A stretch of 64,000 nucleotides of DNA, taken from NCBI GenBank assembly GCA_903884105.1, contig CAISDJ010000027.1, positions 604-64,603 on the forward strand, read 5' to 3'. Below, in pieces: positions 53,977 through 63,849 of this stretch. Position 1 is the stretch's first letter. Every line of letters begins with the position of its first letter. The notes under the pieces were generated by a model that had not been told where the DNA came from, ran no database searches, and saw nothing but the letters and a program-made list of their open reading frames with translations. This stretch comes from an uncultured Pseudomonadota bacterium. GTDB taxonomy: Bacteria; Pseudomonadota; Gammaproteobacteria; Steroidobacterales; Steroidobacteraceae. The position numbers and the translations under genes are program-made.

Positions 53977-55160
53977 TCTCCTCCCGTATCGCCCAGTCGC
54001 TGGCTGTCGCAACCCTGTCCACATCGCTGCTTGCGCTGTCCGCCTGCGGATCCGGTGGCGCCCAGCCCGGCGGCAGCATGCCGAAACCCGAAGTCGCGGT
54101 CGGTACTGCGACGTCGGCACCGCTCCCGTTGCAGTTGACCTATACCGCCCGTGCCATCGGATCGCGGGAAGTGGAAGTGCGGGCTCGCGTCAGCGGCATC
54201 CTCGAATCGCGTCGGTTTGTCGAGGGCAGTGCCGTCAAGGCGGGTGATGTCCTGTTCCAGATCGATCCGGAACCGTATCGCGCAGCGTTGGCCCAAGCTC
54301 GTGGTGAGCTGGGCGTAGAACGAGCGAGTCTTGATGCAGCCATGCGCAACCGCGATCGCGTCGTGCCCTTGTATGACAAGAACGCTGTCAGCCAGCGCCA
54401 GCGTGATGAAGCGGTTTCTGCCTACGAGGTCGCGGCGGCACGGGTGGCCTCGGCAGAAGCGCGCCTCAAGACGGCCGAGCTCGATCTCGGTTATACCTCC
54501 GTCCGCGCGCCGATCTCGGGCTTGACCAGTCGCGAAGTCCGATCGGAAGGCAGCCTCGTGCAAGCCGGCAGTGAGTCCAGCTTGCTGACACGCATCGTGC
54601 AGACCGATCCGCTGTACATCGAATTCTCCGTGCCCGAGGCAGAAGCCGCCCTGTTGCGCGCGCGCCTTGTGGATCAGGCCACCCGCAAGAACCTGCTGGC
54701 CACTCTGTTGCTCGGCAATGGCGAGCATCCCGACAAGGCGCCGGTGACCTTCATCGACAACGCGGTCGAATCGACGTCTGGCACCGTGATCGCTCGCGCT
54801 GTCCTGCCGAACGCGCGCGGCGCACTGCTGCCAGGCCAGTTCGTGCGTGTCCGCGTCGAAGGCGTTGCACTCGAAGACGTGGTCGCGATTCCGCGCAAGG
54901 CCGTGATGATGAGCCCGCAGGGCGCGTTTGTCTGGGTCATCGATGCAAACGAGTCTGCCAGCTTCCGGCCGGTGCAAATGGGCCGTGGGGCTGACGAACA
55001 GGTCGTGATCACGCAGGGCCTCGGAGCGGGTGAGCGTTATATCGTCGAAGGCGTCATGAAAGTGGCCCCGGGTGCGCCCGTGACAGCGGTGCCTGCCGAG
55101 CCCGTTGCCCGCGAAGCAGCGGCGCAGGCGCAGCCCAAGCCGGCAAAGGATCCCGCATGA
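53973..55160 (+). CDS. RND efflux periplasmic adaptor lipoprotein (AcrA/MexA-type)
   Basis: Lipobox LLALSACG, LDLGYTSVRAPISG motif, and a C-terminal Ala/Pro-rich tail. Confidence 0.9.
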   Translation: MISSRIAQSLAVATLSTSLLALSACGSGGAQPGGSMPKPEVAVGTATSAPLPLQLTYTARAIGSREVEVRARVSGILESRRFVEGSAVKAGDVLFQIDPEPYRAALAQARGELGVERASLDAAMRNRDRVVPLYDKNAVSQRQRDEAVSAYEVAAARVASAEARLKTAELDLGYTSVRAPISGLTSREVRSEGSLVQAGSESSLLTRIVQTDPLYIEFSVPEAEAALLRARLVDQATRKNLLATLLLGNGEHPDKAPVTFIDNAVESTSGTVIARAVLPNARGALLPGQFVRVRVEGVALEDVVAIPRKAVMMSPQGAFVWVIDANESASFRPVQMGRGADEQVVITQGLGAGERYIVEGVMKVAPGAPVTAVPAEPVAREAAAQAQPKPAKDPA

Positions 55161-58100
55161 TCTCCACAGTCTTCATCAAGCGGCCGATCCTGGCCGGCGT
55201 GTTGTCGGCGTTCATCGTGATCGCCGGCCTCGCGAGTCTCAGGAGCTTGCCGATCGCGCAGTACCCCGAGATCCTGCCGCCCACCGTATCCGTTTCCGCG
55301 TTCTATCCCGGAGCGACGGCCGAGACCGTGTCTGACAGTGTTGCGGTGCCGCTCGAGCAGCAGATCAACGGCGTCGATAGGATGCTGTACATGAACTCGG
55401 TCAGTTCCGGAGCCGGGTCGCTGACGATCAATATCTCGTTCGCCGTCGGGACAGACGCCGATATCGCTGCGATCAACGTAAACAACCGCGTGCAGGCAGC
55501 CCTGCCGCTGTTGCCGGAAGAAGTCCGGCGGCAGGGCGTTACCGTTGTCAAGGCATCGAACGACATCCTGCAGCTCATCACGATGTCGTCGCCTGACAAA
55601 CGGTACGACTCGCTGTTCATCAGCAACTACACGCTTCTCAACGTGCTCGATGAGCTGAAGCGCATCCCTGGCATTGGCAACGTGCAGATGTTCGGTGCCA
55701 AGGACTACGCTATCCGCGTCTGGCTCCAGCCTGACCGGCTGGCGCAGCTGGGGTTGACGACGGCAGAAGTCGCCGCCGCGATCCGTGAGCAGAATTCGCA
55801 GTTCGCCGCGGGCCGCGTCGGGCAGGAACCAGCTGGCAAAGGGGTCGATTTCACGTTTTCCGTGACGGCACAAGGACGCTTCTCCGATCCCGCACAGTTT
55901 GCGGAAATCGTCTTGCGCACGACGGCAACAGGTGCCGTGGTGCGGCTCAAGGACGTGGCGCGCATAGAACTCGGTTCCCGGGACTACGACTTCGTCTCCA
56001 AGCAGAACGGCATGGAGGCCATCCCGATTGCCATCTTCCTGCAGTCTGGCGCGAACGCACTCGACGTGGGCCGCGCGGTGGAAGCCCGCATGCGGGAGTT
56101 GGCCATTGCCTTTCCTGAGGGCTTGGCGTTCGATATTCCCTACGACACGACCACCTACATCGAAGCCTCGATCAATGAAGTACTGAAGACCCTTGCCGAG
56201 GCGATGCTGCTCGTGTTCGCGGTCGTTTTCCTGTTCCTGCAGAACTGGCGCGCCACTCTGATTCCCATGTTGGCCGTCCCGGTATCGCTGATCGGCGCAT
56301 TGACCGTCATGTACCTGCTGGGATTCTCCATCAATACGTTGACGCTGTTCGGAATGGTGCTCGCGATTGGCATCGTCGTTGACGACGCGATTGTCGTGCT
56401 TGAGAACGTCGAGCGCATCATGACTACCGAGCATCTGTCTCCGGAAGAAGCCACCGTCAAGGCGATGAAGGAAGTGACGGGGCCCGTGATCGCCATCGTG
56501 CTGGTGTTGTGCGCCGTGTTCCTGCCAGTGGCTTTCCTCGGCGGACTCGTCGGCGAGATGTACCGCCAGTTCGCGGTAACCATCGCCGTATCAGTCATGA
56601 TCTCGGGTTTCGTGGCGCTGACGCTGACGCCGGCGCTCTGCGCATCGTTGCTGCGCCCGGAGCACGCGACCGCGCATGGCGTGTTCACGCGCTTCAATGA
56701 CTGGTTTGCCCGCTTCACCGGACGCTATACCCGCGGCGTGCGTTATCTGTTGCGGCACGCGACGCTGGCGCTTGCTCTGTTCGCCGCGCTACTCGTTGCG
56801 ACGGCCGGCTTGTTCCGTTTCGTGCCCAACACGCTGGCGCCCAACGAAGACCAGGGCTATGTGCTGGCCTTGCCGATCCTGCCGGATGCCGCTTCGCTGT
56901 CCCGCACAGAGAAGGTGGTCGACCAGATCATGGGCTACACGTCTACAGTCCCGGCGGTCGCCGACTCCCTCGGGTTTGCCGGGCTGGATCTCCTGACCTT
57001 TGCCCTGCGGACCAATGCCGGCGCCATCTGGATCCCGCTGAAGAACTGGGACGAACGCAAGGGGACGGAGTCTTCGCCTGCGGCGGTCGTCGGCGGCATC
57101 TACGGCTTCGGCGCGACGATCAAGGATGCGTTCGTGCTCGCGTTCGAGCCACCGCCGATCCAGGGCTTGAGTACGACCGGCGGCTTCGAAGGGTATGTGC
57201 AGGCGAAGACCAGCAGCGACCCCAAGGCGCTAGCCGCGGCGACCCAGCAATTGCTTGCAGCCACCGCGGGTCGCCCGGAGCTCGCGGGTGTGCAGACGAC
57301 GTTCAGCGCGAGCGTGCCGCAGATGCGCATCGAGCTGGACCGCGAGAAGGCCAAGAGCCTCGGCATCCCCGTCACCGAGATCTTCGATACGCTGCAAAGT
57401 ACGTTCGGTGCGCTGTACGTCAATGACTTCAACAAGTCCGGTCGCGTGTTTCGCGTCTACCTGCAATCCGAGGCGGAGTTCCGCGCGCATGCGCAGGATA
57501 TCCGTAACGTCTATCTGCGCTCGTCGAAAGGCTCGCTGGTGCCACTGACGGCGGTAGCCACCATCCATGAAGATACGGGTCCCGAGATCATGGAGCGCTT
57601 CAATGTGTTCCCTGCAGCGAAGGTACTCGGGAATCCCGCGCCCGGTTACAGCTCGGGACAGGCACTCGATGTCATGGAGAAGATCGCCACCGAGGCACTG
57701 CCGGCAGGCTATGTGCTGACGTGGGCAGGGACGTCCTATCAGGAGAAGATTGCCGGCGACTCCACGGTTGGCATCTTCATGCTGGCAGTGTTGATGGTGT
57801 TCCTGATTCTGGCTGCCCAGTACGAACGCTGGACGCTGCCGCTCGCCGTGATCCTGGCCGTGCCGTTTGCCGTCTTCGGTGCCGTCGCGGCGGTCGCATT
57901 GCGCGGCTTGCAGAACGACATCTATTTCCAGATCGGCCTGGTGACACTGATCGGCCTGGCCGCCAAGAACGCCATTCTCATCGTCGAGTTCGCGATGATG
58001 AAGCATGCGGAAGGGATGTCTTACGCCGACGCCGCGGTAGAGGCGGCCCGGCTCCGGTTCCGGCCGATCATCATGACGTCGCTGGCCTTTATCCTCGGTG

Positions 58101-58312
58101 TCGTTCCGCTTGCCATCAGCACGGGTGCAGGTGCGGCCAGCCGCCATTCGATTGGCACCGGCGTCATCGGCGGCATGCTGGTGGCGACGTTCGTCGCCAC
58201 GTTGTTCATTCCGTTCTTCTTCCGCTTTATTGCGTCCTGGGGTGACCGCAAGCAACCCGCTGCGATCCCGGGAGACAAGCGAGCGGGCGTGGCGGAGGTG
58301 CCCCATGGTTGA
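55157..58312 (+). CDS. RND multidrug efflux permease (AcrB/MexB HAE1-type, 1051 aa)
   Basis: MISTVFIKRPILAGVLSAFIVIAGL, VDDAIVVLENVERIM, and 12 TM helices. Confidence 0.95.
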   Translation: MISTVFIKRPILAGVLSAFIVIAGLASLRSLPIAQYPEILPPTVSVSAFYPGATAETVSDSVAVPLEQQINGVDRMLYMNSVSSGAGSLTINISFAVGTDADIAAINVNNRVQAALPLLPEEVRRQGVTVVKASNDILQLITMSSPDKRYDSLFISNYTLLNVLDELKRIPGIGNVQMFGAKDYAIRVWLQPDRLAQLGLTTAEVAAAIREQNSQFAAGRVGQEPAGKGVDFTFSVTAQGRFSDPAQFAEIVLRTTATGAVVRLKDVARIELGSRDYDFVSKQNGMEAIPIAIFLQSGANALDVGRAVEARMRELAIAFPEGLAFDIPYDTTTYIEASINEVLKTLAEAMLLVFAVVFLFLQNWRATLIPMLAVPVSLIGALTVMYLLGFSINTLTLFGMVLAIGIVVDDAIVVLENVERIMTTEHLSPEEATVKAMKEVTGPVIAIVLVLCAVFLPVAFLGGLVGEMYRQFAVTIAVSVMISGFVALTLTPALCASLLRPEHATAHGVFTRFNDWFARFTGRYTRGVRYLLRHATLALALFAALLVATAGLFRFVPNTLAPNEDQGYVLALPILPDAASLSRTEKVVDQIMGYTSTVPAVADSLGFAGLDLLTFALRTNAGAIWIPLKNWDERKGTESSPAAVVGGIYGFGATIKDAFVLAFEPPPIQGLSTTGGFEGYVQAKTSSDPKALAAATQQLLAATAGRPELAGVQTTFSASVPQMRIELDREKAKSLGIPVTEIFDTLQSTFGALYVNDFNKSGRVFRVYLQSEAEFRAHAQDIRNVYLRSSKGSLVPLTAVATIHEDTGPEIMERFNVFPAAKVLGNPAPGYSSGQALDVMEKIATEALPAGYVLTWAGTSYQEKIAGDSTVGIFMLAVLMVFLILAAQYERWTLPLAVILAVPFAVFGAVAAVALRGLQNDIYFQIGLVTLIGLAAKNAILIVEFAMMKHAEGMSYADAAVEAARLRFRPIIMTSLAFILGVVPLAISTGAGAASRHSIGTGVIGGMLVATFVATLFIPFFFRFIASWGDRKQPAAIPGDKRAGVAEVPHG

Positions 58313-59711
58313 TTCACGGTTGCCCCGATTGGGTGTGCTTTTGTGCGCACTCCTGGTTCTCGGCGGCTGCATCGTTTCGCGGGTGTCCGTCGACAAGCCG
58401 GCGCTGCCGCTGCCTCAGGCCTTGCCTGACGTCGCCGAGCAGGCGACGCCCCTGGCCGATCGCTGGTGGAGCGTATTTGGTGATCCCACGCTGGACCGAT
58501 TGATGGAGGAAGCGCTCGCACACAATGCGGATGCCGCCCTGGCCGCTGCACGGGTCCTCGAATCCCGCTCGGCGCTCAGGCAAGCGAACTCGAATCGCTC
58601 TCCGGGCGTGAGTATTGAGGGCAATGCCGCGCGGCGCTTTGATAGCGTGCTCGCGGGACAATCGCCGGATCCAGGCGTGGCCCGAGACAGCTTTTCTGCA
58701 CAGGGCGTCGTGACGTACGAACTTGACCTTTGGGGTCGGTACACGCGTGCGAGCGAAGCAGCCCGGTCGCGGCTGCTCGCGTCTGAGTTCGATCGCGATG
58801 CGGTGCGCCTGAGTCTCACGGGCGACGTTGCACGGGGCTATTTCTCGCTGGTGGCGGCGCAACAGCAGCTGGATCGCGCTCGTGAAACACTGGCCGCGCG
58901 CCGTGAATCGGTCGGCCTCGAGAAGATCCGCTTTGATGCGGGGGAGAGCGACGAGGCGACGTTGCGCCGGACCGAGGCGGAAGCCGCGGCCTCGGCAATC
59001 TCGGCACAGCAGTTTGAACTCGACTTGGGCCAGAGGACCCACGCACTTGGGGTACTGCTTGGTCGCTCGCCGAAGGAAATGACGGATGCTGGCTGGACGA
59101 CCGGCGTCTTGCCTGTGGCTCCAGTGTTGTCGCCCGGGCTGCCTTCGACGGTGCTGGAGCGCCGGCCAGATGTCCGTTCAGCCGAGGCCGCATTGATCGC
59201 TGCCGCAGCAGATATCGGGGTGGCTCGAACCGGCCTGTTCCCAACCATCAACCTGACGGGCACGTACGGTTCCGCGAGTCAGGAGCTGGCAGACCTCTTT
59301 ACCGATCCCGCCAAGCAGTGGTCACTCGCAGCGGGGTTGTTGCAGCCGGTCTTCCAGGCGGGCCGGTTGCGTGCCGCGGTGGAGCGTGCGAACGCCCTAC
59401 AGCAGCAGCGGCAAGCGGCGTATGCGAGGACGGTACAGAATGCCTTCCGTGATGTGCTCGATGCCCTCAAGGGGCAGGAACTCCTCGGTGGCATTCGCCA
59501 GACGACGGCCGAGCAATCGTCAGCTCTCGCTCGCGCGGCCGAGCTGTCTGAGTTGCGCTACGCAGCCGGAGAGATTGCCTACCTCGATTTGCTGGATGTC
59601 CGTCGCAATCTCTACCAGTCGCAGATCGCGCTGGTGGGCGCGCAGCGAGACGCGCTGACGAATTCGGTCAGTTTGGCGCTTGCGCTGGGTGGCGGGGCGA
59701 CGTCTCCGTAG
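58305..59711 (+). CDS. Outer membrane factor lipoprotein (NodT/OprM family)
   Basis: Lipobox LVLGGC, WW..F.D..L motif (RWWSVFGDPTLDRLMEEAL), and two TolC-type repeats. 8-nt overlap with the RND gene. Confidence 0.9.
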   Translation: MVDSRLPRLGVLLCALLVLGGCIVSRVSVDKPALPLPQALPDVAEQATPLADRWWSVFGDPTLDRLMEEALAHNADAALAAARVLESRSALRQANSNRSPGVSIEGNAARRFDSVLAGQSPDPGVARDSFSAQGVVTYELDLWGRYTRASEAARSRLLASEFDRDAVRLSLTGDVARGYFSLVAAQQQLDRARETLAARRESVGLEKIRFDAGESDEATLRRTEAEAAASAISAQQFELDLGQRTHALGVLLGRSPKEMTDAGWTTGVLPVAPVLSPGLPSTVLERRPDVRSAEAALIAAAADIGVARTGLFPTINLTGTYGSASQELADLFTDPAKQWSLAAGLLQPVFQAGRLRAAVERANALQQQRQAAYARTVQNAFRDVLDALKGQELLGGIRQTTAEQSSALARAAELSELRYAAGEIAYLDLLDVRRNLYQSQIALVGAQRDALTNSVSLALALGGGATSP

Positions 59712-59947
59712 GCAGCTACGGCATTGCGCTCGAACTGCGGGGCCGCGGGGTCGGAACCCGGGCGATCACCCAGTTGCTGCAGCCATCTGCAGCGGATGGC
59801 TCAGTGACGCGGGTCGTGGCGCATATCCTTCCCGGCAACATCGCGTCTTCGAAGCTGGCCAGCCGACTCGGCTTCTCGCCGGAACGCGCCTTCACTGACG
59901 TGCATGGCGATGCAGACGTGCGCTGGGTGTGGACCGTACCGGCATAA
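59711..59947 (+). pseudogene. C-terminal remnant of a GNAT (RimJ/RimL-like) N-acetyltransferase
   Basis: My hand translation gives GSYGIALELRGRGVGTRAITQLL...VVAHILPGNIASSKLASRLGFSPERAF...*. This carries the acetyl-CoA motif R/Q-x-x-G-x-G/A, but the roughly 100 N-terminal residues are missing. The frame runs straight into the OMF stop codon. Confidence 0.55.
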
Positions 59948-60029
59948 AGCAGGGTAAAAGTGTCGACGGAACGTGGACCTCGAAGAAGGCTGGTCAGCGC
60001 CCCACAACAAGAGCGGCAGGGCGATTCCG

Positions 60030-60300
60030 ATGAGCCCATGCGTTCTGGTCCATGGGGCATGGCATGGGGCATGGCATGGGGCCTGGTGCTGGCACAAACT
60101 GGTGCCCCTGTTCGAAGCCCATGGGCATTCGGTGCTGACGCCCGACCTGCCGCCGCTTGGGATAGACCGCACTCCCATCGCATCGGCGTCGCTGCAGGCG
60201 GACGCTGACCGCGTGTGAGCAGTGCTGTCAGGCTGCAGCGAGCCCGCCTATCTCGTGGGCCACAGCATGGCCGGGCTGCGCAGCGAGGAACTTGAACGAC
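60030..60300 (+). pseudogene. Alpha/beta-hydrolase pseudogene (in-frame stop, truncated after the nucleophile elbow)
   Basis: MSPCVLVHGAWHGAWHGAWCWHKLVPLFEAHGHSVLTPDLP...ADADRV, then TGA at 60216-60218, then AVLSGCSEPAYLVGHSMAG in the same frame. Similarity to hydrolases ends after that. Confidence 0.6.
60051..60086 (+). repeat. Three tandem copies of a 12-bp unit (CATGGGGCATGG x2, CATGGGGCCTGG) encoding HGAW-HGAW-HGAW
   Basis: Read directly from the sequence, inside the hydrolase pseudogene. Confidence 0.85.
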
Positions 60301-60615
60301 CCAGCCAGGCTAGTCTCGAAGTTTGGTGCGTGCTGGATGGAGTTCTCCCTGACGCTCCATGCGAGGTTCGCCTCGGTGAGGTTCGAAAAGGGGGCGGCAC
60401 TGGAGGTAGGCGGATCGGGCGAGCACTGCCGCTCAGCGCAAATTATACCGGCAGGCACCAATCCCGCGTTGGCCGCTGACTCCGGGACCGAATTTTAAAG
60501 TATGCTTGGAATTGAGTCGACAGGATCCATCTGGCGCGTCAGCGCCGGTGGTTTCGGCAGCATTGTTTCCGACTCCCCGGCCTGCGCTGCAGGCTGAAGC
60601 TACAGGTCGTTCAAG

Positions 60616-61287
60616 TTGAAGCGTGACAGTGTCGTGAAGAAGGTCGTGGGTCGTCGGGAACAGAAAAAGGCCGAGACGGCGGAACGTATTGCCATGGCGG
60701 GCCGCAAGCTGCTTCGGGCCAAGGGCTTTGATGCCCTGACCACACAGGAGGTCGCGCTGGAGGCGGGGATCCCGCCCGGCACCCTGTTCGGGTACATCAG
60801 CAACAAGACCGACCTGCTGATCATCGCGCTCGTCCATGAAGCGATGGAGTTCGTTGCCACAATCCCGTCGCGGATCCCCGCAGCGGGTAGCTGCAAGGAC
60901 CGGGTCATGTTCGTCTTCGAGGAGATGGCGGTCTACCACGGTCGCGACGTCGAGATCACGCGGCACTTCCTGCGCGAGTTGGCTATCACGCTGAACAAGG
61001 AGCTGACCGAACGCTCGCATGCTCTCGGCGATGCCGTGCGCGATGTCATCTCGGCCATCGTGGCCGAACACCAGCAACGCGGTGAGGTCACCCGTGAACT
61101 TGCCGCAGAAGACATCAGTCGCCTGCTGTTTTCCCACTACTGGTCCAGCCTCCGCTACTGGGTGACGGGAGTCTATTCTCGAGCGGAATACTCGACCACG
61201 CTGCGCAAGGCACTCAAGTGGCAGTTCATGGGCATTGCGGCGACTCCGGCAACCGGGGCGGGATCGGGCAAGGCTCGAGCCGGCTAG
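60616..61287 (+). CDS. TetR/AcrR-family transcriptional regulator
   Basis: HTH region LTTQEVALEAGIPPGTLFGYISNKTDLL. TTG start at 60616 (uncertain). Confidence 0.82.
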   Translation: MKRDSVVKKVVGRREQKKAETAERIAMAGRKLLRAKGFDALTTQEVALEAGIPPGTLFGYISNKTDLLIIALVHEAMEFVATIPSRIPAAGSCKDRVMFVFEEMAVYHGRDVEITRHFLRELAITLNKELTERSHALGDAVRDVISAIVAEHQQRGEVTRELAAEDISRLLFSHYWSSLRYWVTGVYSRAEYSTTLRKALKWQFMGIAATPATGAGSGKARAG

Positions 61288-61396
61288 CGGCGGCGGGACT
61301 TGAGGGCGACCGGTTCCAGCAGTCAGCGACGATGCGCGTCCCACTTCAGAACGCGTCACCTTCGCGATCCCGCCACCATGCGATAGCATACGCGCC

Positions 61397-62785
61397 GTGA
61401 ATCACTACGATATTCTGGTCATCGGCAGCGGCCCGGCGGGCGAGGGCGCGGCCATGATGGCGGCGAAGAATCACCGCAAAGTCGCCCTCATCGAGCGTCA
61501 CGGGGAAGTCGGCGGCGGCTGCACCCATTGGGGCACGATCCCGAGCAAAGCGCTCCGGCAAGCGGTCAAGACGCTCTACGATGCCAGGCGCAATCCGCTG
61601 CTCCGTGAATTCCGCAATTCCCTGAACATCAGCTTTCCGCGCCTGCTGTCGTCGGCAGGCGGAGTGATCGATGCGCAGGTGGCGAGTCGCCGCCGTTTCT
61701 ATGACCGCAACCGCGTGCCGATCCTGTCGGGCGATGCCTGGTTCATCGACGATCATACGGTCGAAGTCCGTTCCGACAGCGCAGAGACCCAGCGCGTCAC
61801 CGCCGACCACATCGTGGTTGCCACGGGATCGCGGCCATACCATCCGCCAGAACTCGATTTCAGCCACCCGCGCGTTCGTGATAGCGACACCATCCTGCGC
61901 TACGGCGACAACCCGTTCGTTGTCACCATCTACGGGGCCGGGGTGATCGGCTGCGAGTACGCGTCGATCTTCATCAACCTGGGCTGCAAGGTCACGCTGG
62001 TGAACACGCAGGATCGCCTGCTGTCGTTCCTCGACGATGAGATTGCAGAAGCGTTGTCCTATCACCTGCGCGAGCAGGGCTGCGTGATCCGCCACAACGA
62101 GAAGTTTGCGGGCCTCGAGGCCCGCGAACGGGACGTCGTGTTGCAGCTCGAATCCGGCCGCAAGATCAAGTCGGACCTGCTGCTGTGGGCCAATGGCCGC
62201 ACCGGCAACACGAACAACATGAACCTCGAGGCGGTGGGGCTCGTTCCGAATTCACGTGGCCAGCTTGGAGTCAATGCGCATTACCAGACTCCGCTCGGCC
62301 ACATCTATGCCGCGGGCGATGTCATCGGCCCACCGGCGCTCGCCAGCGCGGCCTACGGACAGGGATGCGATGCCGTCCAGCACATCCTCGATCCGCGCAT
62401 GGAACCACACCGCCCGGACCTCGTGCCGACCGGCATCTACACGCTGCCCGAGATTTCCACGGTCGGCCTGAACGAACGCGAACTGCGTGAAAAAAACATT
62501 CCATACGAAGTGGGGCATGCGAGCTTCAAGAGCCTGGCGCGCGCGCAGATGACGGACGAACGCGTCGGCATGCTGAAGATTCTCTTCAACACCGAAACGC
62601 TTAAAGTGCTCGGTGTGCACTGCTTCGGCGACGGCGCATCGGAGATCATCCATATCGGCCAGACTGTCATGTCAAGCGACGACATGAACGACATGCGGTA
62701 CTTCGTGAATACGAAGTTCAACTACCCAACGATGGCCGAAGCCTACCGGACCGCCGCGTTCAATGGGCTCAATCGGCTGGCCTGA
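61397..62785 (+). CDS. sthA: Soluble pyridine nucleotide transhydrogenase (Si-specific)
   Basis: (V)[35 protein letters not shown], and the C-terminal [18 protein letters not shown] typical of SthA/UdhA. GTG start. Confidence 0.9.
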   Translation: MNHYDILVIGSGPAGEGAAMMAAKNHRKVALIERHGEVGGGCTHWGTIPSKALRQAVKTLYDARRNPLLREFRNSLNISFPRLLSSAGGVIDAQVASRRRFYDRNRVPILSGDAWFIDDHTVEVRSDSAETQRVTADHIVVATGSRPYHPPELDFSHPRVRDSDTILRYGDNPFVVTIYGAGVIGCEYASIFINLGCKVTLVNTQDRLLSFLDDEIAEALSYHLREQGCVIRHNEKFAGLEARERDVVLQLESGRKIKSDLLLWANGRTGNTNNMNLEAVGLVPNSRGQLGVNAHYQTPLGHIYAAGDVIGPPALASAAYGQGCDAVQHILDPRMEPHRPDLVPTGIYTLPEISTVGLNERELREKNIPYEVGHASFKSLARAQMTDERVGMLKILFNTETLKVLGVHCFGDGASEIIHIGQTVMSSDDMNDMRYFVNTKFNYPTMAEAYRTAAFNGLNRLA

Positions 62786-62797
62786 AGCCAGGCACTA

Positions 62798-62905
62798 AGG
62801 AAGCCAAGGAAGCTGGGAAGCTGGGAAGCCGAGGAAGCCGGATTCCCGTTCGAGCGTCTTGATTCCCTTCTGGCTTCCCAGCTTCCCTGGCTTCCTTCGC
62901 TTCCG
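62798..62905. repeat. Dyad-symmetric array: five GGAAGC repeats, an approximately 34-bp centre, then four GCTTCC repeats
   Basis: GGAAGC at 62799, 62808, 62816, 62824 and 62833. GCTTCC at 62873, 62881, 62890 and 62899. Spacing is 8-9 bp. GATTCCC occurs twice in the centre. The array starts 13 nt after the sthA stop. Confidence 0.75.
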
Positions 62906-63255
62906 TCTCCAGCTCAGCGTTGTCCCCTCTGTGTGCGACGCATTGCTGCAATTGCGCCAAGTCGTAACAGGAGGCACGGTTGCCAACCCACGCGCGTCGT
63001 GCTCGCGTGATGGCTTCAACTCAATGAAATCGAACGCGTTTCCGGCTCAATGAGGCCGCGAGTGACGAGGTGTCATCGCGTTGGCATGGCCATTGCTGAT
63101 ACTAGGTTACAGAGCGTGCCCCCCGCACCTCTTCGGGACTCGACAGGGTCTCTTCAAGGCTGCCTCGTTCATCGCGATGCGGCCTTTTTTTATTCGGGAC
63201 CGGCGTGGGTCTGGCGCAACTCGAGCACCAGGCTCCAGGGGCTCTCAGCCGATAG

Positions 63256-63849
63256 TCAGCTTCTCGCGTTGTCTGCCGGCTTCGCTTCGCGTTTGGCTTT
63301 CTCGCGGACGATGGACAACGTGAGCTTGAGCCCGGAGCTGTCCGGATTCAGCTCGAGTCCCCGCTCCGCGTCGCCCAGGGCCTTGGTGATCTGGCCAAGA
63401 CCCGCATAGGCGCCGGCCCGGTTCTGCAGCGCCCGCCAGTTGCCTGGGTCGAGTTCGAGCGACCGATTGCAATACACGATCGCCGTATCGTATTCCTTCA
63501 GTCCCACGTATCCGGCACACAGGTTGGAGAGCATCGTCACGCGCTCTTCAGTCGTGAGGATCTGCTTCAGCCCTTCGCGTGTCAGCTCGACGCCCTTCTC
63601 GTAGTTGCCAAGCATCAGCGCACTGGCGCCGTCGGAAAGGTAAGGGTTCGTGCCGTAGACAGAGCGGGATCCCCCGATGCCGAGTTCCTGGGCGGACGCC
63701 GGAGCGGACTGCAGTGCAAGGAATGCCAGCAGGCAGGGCAGCGACGAGACGGGGGCACGTCGAGCTGGAAGCGGGGTAACCAAGGCAAGTCCCCTCCATC
63801 GTGACTGCGAAAGGGCGCGGAACGAACGCCGCTGATGGATATAGCACAA
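63256..63849 (-). CDS. Secreted TPR-repeat protein
   Basis: Signal ...SSLPCLLAFLALQSAPASAQE. At least three TPR motifs (MLGNYEKGVELTREGL; GLKEYDTAIVYCNRSLELDPGNWRALQNRAGAY; LGQITKALGDAERGLELNPD). The start is uncertain. Confidence 0.6.
   Translation of the reverse strand: MCYIHQRRSFRALSQSRWRGLALVTPLPARRAPVSSLPCLLAFLALQSAPASAQELGIGGSRSVYGTNPYLSDGASALMLGNYEKGVELTREGLKQILTTEERVTMLSNLCAGYVGLKEYDTAIVYCNRSLELDPGNWRALQNRAGAYAGLGQITKALGDAERGLELNPDSSGLKLTLSIVREKAKREAKPADNARS

Noticed and set aside
62798-62840. Resemblance of GGAAGCCAAGGAAGC to the conserved GGAAGCAGCCAAGGCAG core of SRP (4.5S) RNA.
   Set aside because: The rest of the 4.5S helix-8 context (flanking GGUCC/AGGUC pairing, about 110 nt hairpin with conserved loops) is absent. 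The match comes from the GGAAGC repeat itself.
63150-63200. A plus-strand T7 run preceded by the palindrome CATCGCGATG, as a possible intrinsic terminator or small-RNA 3' end.
   Set aside because: I could not draw a stable GC-rich stem with a sensible loop. There is no upstream plus-strand gene, and the orientation is wrong for the minus-strand TPR gene.
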